This document shows positions 7,244 to 15,583 of a stretch of 64,000 nucleotides of DNA, in pieces (position 1 is the first letter of the stretch; each line of letters starts with the position of its first letter). Made by a program: the position numbers and the translations under genes. Source of the stretch: an uncultured Oscillospiraceae bacterium (lineage in GTDB: Bacteria; Bacillota; Clostridia; Oscillospirales; Butyricicoccaceae); assembly GCA_964541085.1 (NCBI GenBank), contig CAZIPA010000006.1:4528-68527 (forward strand), written 5' to 3'. The notes under the pieces are model-generated. The model searched no databases and was not told the origin of the DNA. It worked only from the letters and a program-made list of their open reading frames with translations.

Positions 7244-8224
7244 ATGGCAAACCCTCCGGAAAAACTGGGCTCCGTGTACTACAGGAGCTTTCTCTCCCAC
7301 CAGGGGCAGATTTTTTATGACCGCCTTCAGGCCCAGCTTCTCCGGGGGGATTTTTCGGGCAAAACCGACTTTTCCCTGTGCGATCCCGAAACGGCGGCCT
7401 CCGACGGCTTTGCCGCCTACAAAGCCCTCCGGGACGATCATCCGGAGCACTTTTTTCTGGGAACCCAGAGCGAGTTTACCCGCCGGGGCCTGAGCGGCAC
7501 GCTGACCTATACGATGCTGTATACCCCGGAGATCATCGCACGGGTCCGGCAGCAGCTGCGAAAGACCATCTGCCAGCTTGTGCGCGGCACCGCGGAGCTG
7601 TCCATGCTTCAGCGGGAGGCGCTGGTTTATGAGCGCATCGCAAAGCGCATGACCTACACCAACCATGCGGATGTGCGTGACCACAACATCGTGGGGCCTG
7701 TGCTGAACGCCGAGGGTGTGTGCGAGGGGCAGAACGCGCTGCTGCTGCTGTGCTTCCGGCGGATCGGCATTCCCTGCGTCAAGGTGTACGGCAAAGCCAA
7801 CCCGGACGGCTGGCACTGCTGGACGGTGGCGTGGCCCGACGGAGACCCCGTTCACTGTGATGTGACCTGGGACGGCGCAAAGGGCGGCGTTGTAGGCTTT
7901 CATTATTTCAATCTCCCGGACCGGCAGATCGGGGAAAATCACTTCGCCTTTCAGGGAGAGCGTGTTCCCGTCTGCACTGCGGAAAATCTCACCTATTATC
8001 AGCTGCACGGCCTTTGCGTCCGTTCCCACGCAGAGCTCCGGGCACGGCTGAAGCGGGATTTTCAGCGGGGCGTAATGCCCATCCGGATTCAGTTTCTGTA
8101 CAGTCCCGCCTCCGGCAGCTATCGGGAGGAGGTCAAAAGTGCCCTTTCCGCAGAAAACCTCTATAGCAGCCGCAGACTGTACTGTTATCCCCGCTTAAAA
8201 AACATGGTAATCACCACCGTGTAA
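7244..8224 (+). CDS. Transglutaminase-like cysteine protease-fold protein
   Basis: 326 aa from ATG 7244, 5 nt after the JAB stop, with an AGGAG RBS. Transglutaminase-core Cys-His-Asp: GVCEGQN (C160), GWHCW (H191), HCDVTWD (D206). Confidence 0.82.
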   Translation: MANPPEKLGSVYYRSFLSHQGQIFYDRLQAQLLRGDFSGKTDFSLCDPETAASDGFAAYKALRDDHPEHFFLGTQSEFTRRGLSGTLTYTMLYTPEIIARVRQQLRKTICQLVRGTAELSMLQREALVYERIAKRMTYTNHADVRDHNIVGPVLNAEGVCEGQNALLLLCFRRIGIPCVKVYGKANPDGWHCWTVAWPDGDPVHCDVTWDGAKGGVVGFHYFNLPDRQIGENHFAFQGERVPVCTAENLTYYQLHGLCVRSHAELRARLKRDFQRGVMPIRIQFLYSPASGSYREEVKSALSAENLYSSRRLYCYPRLKNMVITTV

Positions 8225-8248
8225 AATCAAGACAAAGGAGTTGATGCT

Positions 8249-9337
8249 ATGTATCAATCGGTGATCAGAGACCCCGGCGGCGACGGACTGATCCGTGTTC
8301 TGCCGGATGCCTGGGGACAAAACCCCATTGTAAACGGGAGTCTGCTGCTGGTGCCCCCCGGCACGGTGGCGCTGGTGAACATCAACGGCCTGCTGTCCCG
8401 GCCCTATGGCCCCGGCAGATATGAGCTTTTCACCGGCGTGGATCCCTTCTTTGTGCGGCTCCGGAATCTTCTTACCCGTGGAGACCCCGGAACGACCGTA
8501 TCCGTCTTTTTCATTTCCACCGAAAAGACGGTGTTTCTCCGTCTCGGCACGGGTGAGTTCCCCTTCCGGGAGCATCGTTTTCAGCTGACCATGAAGGCCC
8601 TTGCCGCCTGCTGCCTTTCCTTCTCCGTGTCGGATCCCCGGACGCTGCTGGAAAAGCTGGTGGGAAGCTACCGCTCGTCCTTTTCTCAGGAGGATCTGGA
8701 GCCCTGCATCGAGCAGCTGATGCTGGCACCCGTCCGGGAAGCCGTTTCCGAAGCCATTGGCAGGCTGGATATCACGGCCTTCAACAGCCATCTTTCTCAC
8801 ATCGCAAGGCTGTCCACGGCAGCGATCCGCACCCGCCTGTCGGATTACGGCATCCGGCTGGAGCGGTTTGATCTTACAGCGATCAACATTCCCGACGGGG
8901 AAATGCAGCGGCTCTATCGTCTGGAGCAGTCGTTTGCCGAAGGGAAGACCCGCACCGATCTGGAGCTGGATCATCTGCAACGGGTCTGGCAGGGAAGCAC
9001 CGACCGCCGCACCATGAGCGAAATGATGACCGGGCTTCCTTCCCGTGGACAGGCTCCCGCCGGCGGAAACGCAGGGGGCATGGCGCCCATGATGATGCAG
9101 ATGATGATGCTTTCCCAGCTGCTTCCGGCTCTGCGGGAACCCCTTTCCGAAATGACCCGGCACACGGATCTGTTTGGCGGCAGCCCTTCCGGCCCGCAGG
9201 AAAGCACCTCCTCTGCCAACGCCCCTCCGCCCATGCCCGCCAGACACCGGCGCTGCCCCTCCTGCAACGGAGCTGTGGCACGCAGTGCCGTTCTCTGCCC
9301 CATCTGCGGCTATCCTCTGAATGAAAGGAATGACTGA
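8249..9337 (+). CDS. SPFH/band-7-like protein with C-terminal zinc ribbon (COG4260-like)
   Basis: 362 aa. The N-terminal ~250 aa resemble the stomatin/prohibitin-like 'virion core protein' family. Met/Gly-rich linker. C-terminal CPSC-x13-CPIC zinc ribbon. Confidence 0.7.
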   Translation: MYQSVIRDPGGDGLIRVLPDAWGQNPIVNGSLLLVPPGTVALVNINGLLSRPYGPGRYELFTGVDPFFVRLRNLLTRGDPGTTVSVFFISTEKTVFLRLGTGEFPFREHRFQLTMKALAACCLSFSVSDPRTLLEKLVGSYRSSFSQEDLEPCIEQLMLAPVREAVSEAIGRLDITAFNSHLSHIARLSTAAIRTRLSDYGIRLERFDLTAINIPDGEMQRLYRLEQSFAEGKTRTDLELDHLQRVWQGSTDRRTMSEMMTGLPSRGQAPAGGNAGGMAPMMMQMMMLSQLLPALREPLSEMTRHTDLFGGSPSGPQESTSSANAPPPMPARHRRCPSCNGAVARSAVLCPICGYPLNERND

Positions 9338-9338
9338 A

Positions 9339-9872
9339 ATGCAGTACAGAAATACTTCCTGGATCCCCATCCTTGCGGCCATCGTGATGATCCCCCAGCT
9401 GCTGTTCTGGTGGCTTGCGCCCGGCGCTGCCGCCGCCCGTCTCGCAGTGTACATCGGGGGAAGCCTTCTGACGCTGGCCATCCCCCTTTGCTGGCTTCTG
9501 ACCTGCTGGAACAGCAATCTCCGCAAAACGGCGGGGCTTTCTCTGGTGGCCGGGGTGCTGGAGCTGGCAGTGGTCGTGCTCTCCGCCGTTCTGCTGGCCA
9601 TCAATGTCACCGTCCGTTCTGCCGTATTTGCCCTTCTGATTATGGCGCTGGTGTGTCTGATTCTGCTGCTTCCGCTGATCTGCGCCGCCCTGAAGCAGCC
9701 TCGGCAGGGTGTCTATTCTGCCACCATCGCCGGAGAGCCAGGCCGTCCGCAGCCGCGCATCCGTGAGGCTGCTCCAGCGCCCGCACCGGTCTGCCGGCAG
9801 CAGACTGCCGTGACGGAGCCTGCGCCCCGCACGCCCACCGTCAGCAAGCCTCTGCCGCCCCGAAACCGATAA
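9339..9872 (+). CDS. Polytopic membrane protein (about 4 TM) with Pro-rich tail
   Basis: 177 aa from ATG 9339 (GAAAGGA RBS, 1 nt after the SPFH stop; an alternative ATG at 9321 overlaps it). Four hydrophobic helices, then a Pro/Ala-rich C-terminus. Confidence 0.7.
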   Translation: MQYRNTSWIPILAAIVMIPQLLFWWLAPGAAAARLAVYIGGSLLTLAIPLCWLLTCWNSNLRKTAGLSLVAGVLELAVVVLSAVLLAINVTVRSAVFALLIMALVCLILLLPLICAALKQPRQGVYSATIAGEPGRPQPRIREAAPAPAPVCRQQTAVTEPAPRTPTVSKPLPPRNR

Positions 9873-9901
9873 TCCGGCTCTGACAGAAAGGCGGTGATGC
9901 T

Positions 9902-10531
9902 ATGGATCGCGTTTGCAGCCGCTGCGGCGGCTCCAGCTTTCATTACAATCGCAGCCGCATGAGAATGGAATGCGATATCTGCGGCACGCCGGTTTCCGAT
10001 CCCCAGCGGGAACAGCAGCTGATGCAGTTTGACCGGGCCTGTTCTCAGGCGATGGAGCATCTGACTGCCGGAAACTGGGAGATGGCCCTTCAGCTTTTAC
10101 AGCCGCTGCTGCATCAGCATCCCACGGAAAAACGGCTGTATCTTGCGGTGCTGCGGGCGGCCACGAAGGATTTTACCGACATTGCCATGGCAAACGCGGC
10201 AAACCGGCACATTGCCTCGGAAGCCTGGGACAGGCTGGTACGGCTGAACGGTGTCACCGGGGCCATGATCCGGTATGGCAGACAGCGCTATGCTCTGCAC
10301 CGGGGAGAGCTTCTGCGCCAGCGCAGGAAGCTTCTGGCATGGATCTTTGCGGCGGCGCTCTGCTCGCTTCTGGCCGGTATTTTTCTGGAGACAGAGCACG
10401 GCTTTCTGGCGGTGCTGTGTGTGGGCGGTCTTTTTGGCTGCCTGTACCAATTCTCCCGCAGCCAGCCCATCCCTGTGATTCGGCATCTGCTGTGTGCCGT
10501 GCCCGGCGATCAGCACAATCCTTTTCTTTAA
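9902..10531 (+). CDS. Zinc-ribbon protein with helical repeat region and C-terminal TM hairpin
   Basis: 209 aa. N-terminal CSRC-x14-CDIC zinc ribbon, a TPR-like helical segment (AMEHLTAGNWEMALQLLQPLL), and two C-terminal TM helices. Confidence 0.7.
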   Translation: MDRVCSRCGGSSFHYNRSRMRMECDICGTPVSDPQREQQLMQFDRACSQAMEHLTAGNWEMALQLLQPLLHQHPTEKRLYLAVLRAATKDFTDIAMANAANRHIASEAWDRLVRLNGVTGAMIRYGRQRYALHRGELLRQRRKLLAWIFAAALCSLLAGIFLETEHGFLAVLCVGGLFGCLYQFSRSQPIPVIRHLLCAVPGDQHNPFL

Positions 10532-10543
10532 GGGGGTCTTTTC

Positions 10544-13087
10544 ATGAAGAAGTTTTATGATGGCGGAGAATGCTTTGTGCTGACGGCCTGCTCCATTGAG
10601 GCCGCACCCCTTGCAAGCAGCCAGCAGGTGGGCATCAACCTTGCGAAAACCCTCTGTGAGGATGCCTGCTATCTCTCCGCAGAGGGAAACGGGCAGACGG
10701 CACTGGAGCTTTTCCGCATTGCCGGAAAAACCCCCGGCAGTCCCATCCGGCATATTCTGACGATCCGTACCCATGACCGCTCGGAGCGGGATTGTGTGAT
10801 CCGGCAGGAGGCGCTGGAAAGGGGCATTCTGTCCCTGCTGCACCAGTCGGGCTACCGTATCCGTGAACTGCCCTTTGATGACTACCGGAGACAGCTTGCA
10901 CAGCTGGACACTGCCGCTGTCTGGGCGCTGAAAAAGCAGGAGGTGCAGGAATATGGCGTGCAGAACACCTATCGCTCTCCCGCAAGAGTGGAGGAGGTTC
11001 ACTGGGAAGGCATCTATTCCGCGCTGGCCGGCTCCGGCTGCGCCCTGTGCGTGCAGATCATTCCCGCTCTGCTGTCGGAGAACGAACGGCAGCGCATCGC
11101 AAAAAACACCGCCCATTGCTCTCAGGCAGTGGACGGTGTGGTGACAAATCTGCGGGACGGACTGGCTGCCGCCGCTGCGGAACGGTGGAAATACTATGCC
11201 CAGAATGCCTCCCGCCCCTTTGCAGAGGTGAATCTTCTGGTGATCGGCTCCGTTCCCGCCAGCGCCCTGACGGCGGCCCGGCTGAAGCAGTCGGTGCGGG
11301 AAGCCGCCCTGCAAACACTTCCCGTCCCGGATTTTGGCAGCTACACCGTCTACAATCAGCCCTGGCGGCTTGCCCGTGCTTTGCGCTCCGCCGACACCGG
11401 CAGTCTGGATCGGTGGACCTCTGAGGAGGCCGCCCAGATCTTTCAGCTGCCGGTGCAGGGCCATTTTTTCACCGGGCTGGAGGGAAACCCCTTCTCTCTG
11501 ATTCCCGAGCTGGAGCTTTTGCCGGAACAGCTGACCTGCGGCGGCGTGCCGGGGATCGTTCTGGGACGCTCTGTTTTTTCCGCCCGGCAGGTGGGGCTTC
11601 CGCCGGAACAGCTGCTGCTCCATACCGCAGTGATGGGAAAATCCGGCACCGGAAAGACGACGCTCCTGAAGCAGCTGATCGCACAGCTGCGGCGGCAGGG
11701 CATTCCGGTGCTGATTCTGGAGCCGGTGAAGCGGGAATACCGGGATCTGATTGCCGGACTGCCGGGCAGCAAAATCTTTACCGTGGAGCGCCCGGTGACG
11801 CCGCTGCTGATCAACCCCTTTTATGTCCCGAAGGGTGTGCCGCTGGGAGAATACAGAAGCTGTCTGCTGTCTGCCTTCAAGGCTGCCTTTTCCCTGCCCG
11901 ATCCGCTGCCGGCCCTGTTTGAAAAGGCCATCTCCGAGGCTTATACCCTGCACGGCTGGACGGACAGCAGCAGCAGCACCGATCCCGATGTCACCCTTTT
12001 TGACATGGCGGATTTTGTGCGTGTCTTCAAACGCATCATCGCCCGTTCTGGCTACAGCAATGAGGTCAAGGGCAACATGATGTCCGGCGGTGCCTTCCGG
12101 CTGCAAAGCCTGCTCGACCGCTGTCCCCGCACCTTTGATACCATCCATTCCACCGCTGTGGAGGAGCTGCTCTCCGGCTGCGCCGTTCTGGAAATGGGAA
12201 ACCTGGAGCCGGAACAGAAGGCGCTGGTTTCCGCCCTGACCCTCATCAGCATCCTGGCCTGGCTGAAGGCGACCAGAAAAAGTGAGCACCGTCTGAAAAA
12301 CATTCTTCTCATCGACGAGGCCCATGCCCTGCTGGATCAGGGAGAAGGGGCAACCATGGAGGAAAAGGCACTGAACAGCACCATGACCCAGCTGATGATC
12401 AATGTGATCACGGAGATTCGGGCCTATGGAGTGGGGGTCATTTTTTCCGTTCAGTCTCCCTCCCGGGTGGGCGGACGGCTGCTGGACAATGTGGACAACC
12501 TGCTCTCCTTCCGGCTCAGCGGCGAAGAGGCGGAAATGCTCCGGGCGCACATCGGCGCGGACGACAGTCTCTGCACGGTGCTTCCGCTGCTGTCTGCCGG
12601 TGAGCTGCTGGTGAAAAACCGCTTTCTCCGGTCTCCGCTGCCGGTCAGAATGAATGATCCCGCCGGGCTCTCCCGGACAGACCCCGTTTCCGATGAGGCC
12701 ATTGTCCGGGCGCAGACGGGCTATCTGGCGGCCCACGCCGGGGATTATTGTCCCTTTGCCCTCTGCAGGGCTGCCGGGTGCCGCTGCTGCTCCGTTTCCG
12801 TCCGGGAAGAGGCAAAGCTGTTTGCGGAGCAGCTGTTTGCCCAGCGGCAGCACAAGCTGCGCACGCCGGAGGAAGTTGCCGCACACCTGCTGCGTCTCCC
12901 GGCGGCGCTGGCCTCCCGTATTTCCCAGAGTGACAAAGGCGTTTTTCAGAAGCTTTGCGGCTGCACGGCGGTCCATCTCCTGCGGAAATGTGCCCTGGAG
13001 GGGGGCGTTTCCCTTGGCCAACAGGCCGCCGCAGCGCTGCTGACCGAAATGTATCAACAGAAAAAGGAGGAATCTGGCAATGAATGA
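10544..13087 (+). CDS. HerA/FtsK-type (DUF87-like) P-loop ATPase with large unknown N-terminal domain
   Basis: 847 aa. Walker A VMGKSGTGKTTLL followed by PVLILEPVKREY (HerA-like), Walker B NILLIDEAHALL, VIFSVQSP sensor region. Cys-rich C-terminus. AAGGGGG RBS. Confidence 0.82.
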   Translation: MKKFYDGGECFVLTACSIEAAPLASSQQVGINLAKTLCEDACYLSAEGNGQTALELFRIAGKTPGSPIRHILTIRTHDRSERDCVIRQEALERGILSLLHQSGYRIRELPFDDYRRQLAQLDTAAVWALKKQEVQEYGVQNTYRSPARVEEVHWEGIYSALAGSGCALCVQIIPALLSENERQRIAKNTAHCSQAVDGVVTNLRDGLAAAAAERWKYYAQNASRPFAEVNLLVIGSVPASALTAARLKQSVREAALQTLPVPDFGSYTVYNQPWRLARALRSADTGSLDRWTSEEAAQIFQLPVQGHFFTGLEGNPFSLIPELELLPEQLTCGGVPGIVLGRSVFSARQVGLPPEQLLLHTAVMGKSGTGKTTLLKQLIAQLRRQGIPVLILEPVKREYRDLIAGLPGSKIFTVERPVTPLLINPFYVPKGVPLGEYRSCLLSAFKAAFSLPDPLPALFEKAISEAYTLHGWTDSSSSTDPDVTLFDMADFVRVFKRIIARSGYSNEVKGNMMSGGAFRLQSLLDRCPRTFDTIHSTAVEELLSGCAVLEMGNLEPEQKALVSALTLISILAWLKATRKSEHRLKNILLIDEAHALLDQGEGATMEEKALNSTMTQLMINVITEIRAYGVGVIFSVQSPSRVGGRLLDNVDNLLSFRLSGEEAEMLRAHIGADDSLCTVLPLLSAGELLVKNRFLRSPLPVRMNDPAGLSRTDPVSDEAIVRAQTGYLAAHAGDYCPFALCRAAGCRCCSVSVREEAKLFAEQLFAQRQHKLRTPEEVAAHLLRLPAALASRISQSDKGVFQKLCGCTAVHLLRKCALEGGVSLGQQAAAALLTEMYQQKKEESGNE

Positions 13088-13733
13088 ACTGGAAACCATG
13101 GATCTGGACACCGCTGCGGAGGAGGACTTTGACCTTCCCGATGCCGACAGCTGGGCAGAGCTGGACACACCGGAGCCGGAGGACTGCGCCGGGGATATCC
13201 CGGACACACCGGAGCTGCTGTCTGATGGGGAAAAAGCTGCCGATTATGCCCGCTCCTTCGGCTTTGACCGGGCTGCGGACTATATCCAGCGGCATTATGA
13301 CGGGGACGAATACACCCCCGGCGATCCCATCCGCATTTCCACCCGCAACATGGGGCTGGAGGGTCTTGCTGCGGAAAACGGCGTTCCCTTTGAGCGGCGG
13401 ACGGCCCAGCTTGCCGAAGGTCTGTCGGTGGAGGGGGTCTTTCCCGCCTTTGACAGCCGCCATCATGTGGAGCTGGGCGATGCCGCGAAGGATATGAGCC
13501 TTCACCAGCAGTTCAGCGCCTGCAGGGAAGATTTTCAGGATCATATGTATGATTCCCCCGAAAAGCTGGCGGACATCACCTTCGGCGCGATGGAGCGGAT
13601 GGACGCACCCCAGGGCTATACGCCGGAGGGCTTCACCTGGCAGCACAATCCCGAAACCGGCAGCTTTGATCTGGTATCCAAAGACGCTCATTCCGTCGGG
13701 CACACCGGCGGGAACGCTTTGTGGGGGAAATAG
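13080..13733 (+). CDS. Acidic-N-terminus protein with HNH/EndoVII (WHH-like) nuclease motif
   Basis: 217 aa. The start overlaps the ATPase stop by 8 nt. The first ~50 aa are strongly acidic. The C-terminal GFTWQHNPETGSFDLVSKDAHSVGHTGG (nt 13638-13712) resembles the WHH/AHH-type toxin nuclease pattern W-x-H..LV...H...H-T-G-G. Confidence 0.6.
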   Translation: MNELETMDLDTAAEEDFDLPDADSWAELDTPEPEDCAGDIPDTPELLSDGEKAADYARSFGFDRAADYIQRHYDGDEYTPGDPIRISTRNMGLEGLAAENGVPFERRTAQLAEGLSVEGVFPAFDSRHHVELGDAAKDMSLHQQFSACREDFQDHMYDSPEKLADITFGAMERMDAPQGYTPEGFTWQHNPETGSFDLVSKDAHSVGHTGGNALWGK

Positions 13734-13999
13734 TGCGCCGCAGGCGCTGTATGCCTTCTCAGGCGGCCCCCCCACAAACGCAAAGCACCCCTGGGAGACC
13801 CCAGAGGTGCTTTGTCCAATACAGTGAACGGACAACCGGATGTGTTTAAGGAGTTCTTTATGAAAAAAGCGTTTTGCTTTTCCCTGTGTGTCTATAATAT
13901 ATCAAACCCGCAGGCATCTGTCAAGATGAAATCTGAAAATCGTGATGTTGCACAAAATACACAGGTTCCGATTGTGCAGTATGCTCAATGGGCACACGG

Positions 14000-14049
14000 G
14001 CTTTTTCCAAAAGAGCACTCCGGCAGGGCTAGAAGCCGCCGCCGGAGTG
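14000..14049 (-). terminator. Rho-independent terminator of htrA
   Basis: Stem CACTCCGGC (14016-14024) / GCCGGAGTG (14041-14049) with inner pairing. On the minus strand a U-rich CTCTTTTGG follows it. Confidence 0.5.
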
Positions 14050-14077
14050 TAATTGCATTCTGCTGCTTGTCTGCCGG

Positions 14078-15583
14078 TCAGTTGGCGTTGGGGTTTGCCA
14101 CCAGTGTGACGCTGACGGAAACCAGCTTGCCGCTGCGCTCCACATTCAGCTCCACCACATCGCCGGGGGCCTTGTCCGCCAGATAATCCGTCACATCGGT
14201 GCTCTGGGAGACCATCACCGCGTCCACGCTGATGATCCGGTCGCCCACGGCCAGACCAGCTTCCTCGGTGCTCTTTTCCGTAATGCTGGAAACATACACG
14301 CCGGGAGCCATGTTATACTGCGCCGCCGTCTGAGAGGTGAGGGTCTGAACGGTGATGCCCAGAATGGCCCGGTTGGAGGTCTGGGTCACGCCGTTTTCAT
14401 CGGTGTTTGTGCTGCCGTCGCCGTCGGGAGACACATAAACGCCGTTGGCGATGAGCTGAGAAGCGATCTCCATGGCCGTGTTGCTGGGGATGGCGAAGCC
14501 CAGTCCCTCAGAATCGGTGTCCGAGCTCTTGGCGGAAACAATGCCGATGAGCTGGCCGTGATCGTTGAACAGCGCGCCGCCGGAGTTGCCGGGAGAAACC
14601 GCCGCCGTCATCTGGATCACATGGAGGGTCACATTGGTATAATAGCTGGCAGAGCCGCCGTAGAACATATCATAGAGGCTGTTGCCCCGGTTTTTGGCGC
14701 TGGTATCCTCCACCTGCACGGTGATGGTGCGGTCGAGGGCGGACACAATGCCGTCGGAAATGGAGCCGGAAAAGCGGCCCTCCGGGTTGCCCACGGCGTA
14801 GCAGGCGGCACCCTGGCGCACCTGATCGCTGTCGGCGATTTCCGCAGCCTTCAGACCCTGAGCGTCGATCTTCACCACGGCGATATCACCGTTTACATAG
14901 CTGCCGGTGATCTGTGCCGCATGGGTGGTGCCGTCCCGCAGCTCCACGGTGACCTTGGAAGCGCCGTTGATCACATGGGCGGCGGTGAGGATGTAGCCAT
15001 CCTCCGAAATAATCACGCCGGAGCCTGCGCCGGAGGTGACATAATTGCCGAACCAGTAGTTGCTGGTGGTCATGATCTCGGTGGTAATGGCCACCACGGA
15101 ATCCTCCACCTTGGCCGCCACCTGTTCGCTGGTGAGCACACCTTCCGCCACGGCGGCGGGGGTATCGTTGCCGGTGGTGGTCACCTGCTGGAGCACCACA
15201 CGGTTGGTGTTCTGATAGACGATCTGCGCACCCGCATAGCCCGCGCCAAAGCAGATAGCCGCAGCCACCAGCACCGCCAGCACGCTCAGCAGCACCTTTT
15301 TGCCGTTGATCCTTTTCCGGGGCCGGCGCGGGGGCTCGGTCACCGTGGGCTGGGGCGGCGTAAAGGTGGAATCCTGCCATTCTGCCGTGCCAAAGCTGGC
15401 CTGCCGGGGCTCCTCCTCCTGCTGATAGGGGAGACTCTGACTGGTATAATGATATTCACTGCTTTCCGAGGGAGAAGGGGCAGCGAACGGCTCCTGAGGG
15501 ATTTCCTGCTCCGGCTGCCGGGGCTGCTCCTGAGGCTGCTCGGGCTGTTCGGGCTGATATCCGTTGTTTTCAAACTCGTTCAT
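14078..15583 (-). CDS. htrA: HtrA/DegP-family serine protease with PDZ domain
   Basis: 501 aa. Trypsin-like triad context (LTAAHVINGA, GNSGGALFN). C-terminal PDZ-like region. N-terminal Q/P/E-rich segment and a TM anchor. Confidence 0.9.
   Translation of the reverse strand: MNEFENNGYQPEQPEQPQEQPRQPEQEIPQEPFAAPSPSESSEYHYTSQSLPYQQEEEPRQASFGTAEWQDSTFTPPQPTVTEPPRRPRKRINGKKVLLSVLAVLVAAAICFGAGYAGAQIVYQNTNRVVLQQVTTTGNDTPAAVAEGVLTSEQVAAKVEDSVVAITTEIMTTSNYWFGNYVTSGAGSGVIISEDGYILTAAHVINGASKVTVELRDGTTHAAQITGSYVNGDIAVVKIDAQGLKAAEIADSDQVRQGAACYAVGNPEGRFSGSISDGIVSALDRTITVQVEDTSAKNRGNSLYDMFYGGSASYYTNVTLHVIQMTAAVSPGNSGGALFNDHGQLIGIVSAKSSDTDSEGLGFAIPSNTAMEIASQLIANGVYVSPDGDGSTNTDENGVTQTSNRAILGITVQTLTSQTAAQYNMAPGVYVSSITEKSTEEAGLAVGDRIISVDAVMVSQSTDVTDYLADKAPGDVVELNVERSGKLVSVSVTLVANPNAN

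Noticed and set aside
4428-7250. 940-aa minus-strand ORF, and the similar 1036-aa ORF at 10097-13207, antisense to the Ubl operon
   Set aside because: These are typical high-GC antisense shadow ORFs. Their translations are Gly/Ala/Arg/His/Pro/Gln-rich low complexity, with no RBS and no recognisable motifs. The plus-strand genes carry clear catalytic signatures and Shine-Dalgarno sites.
13812-14186. 124-aa plus-strand ORF from the ORF track
   Set aside because: Its 3' third overlaps the htrA coding end in antisense and it crosses the htrA terminator hairpin. Only the internal ATG at 13860 has an RBS, and that possibility is listed as a low-interest finding.
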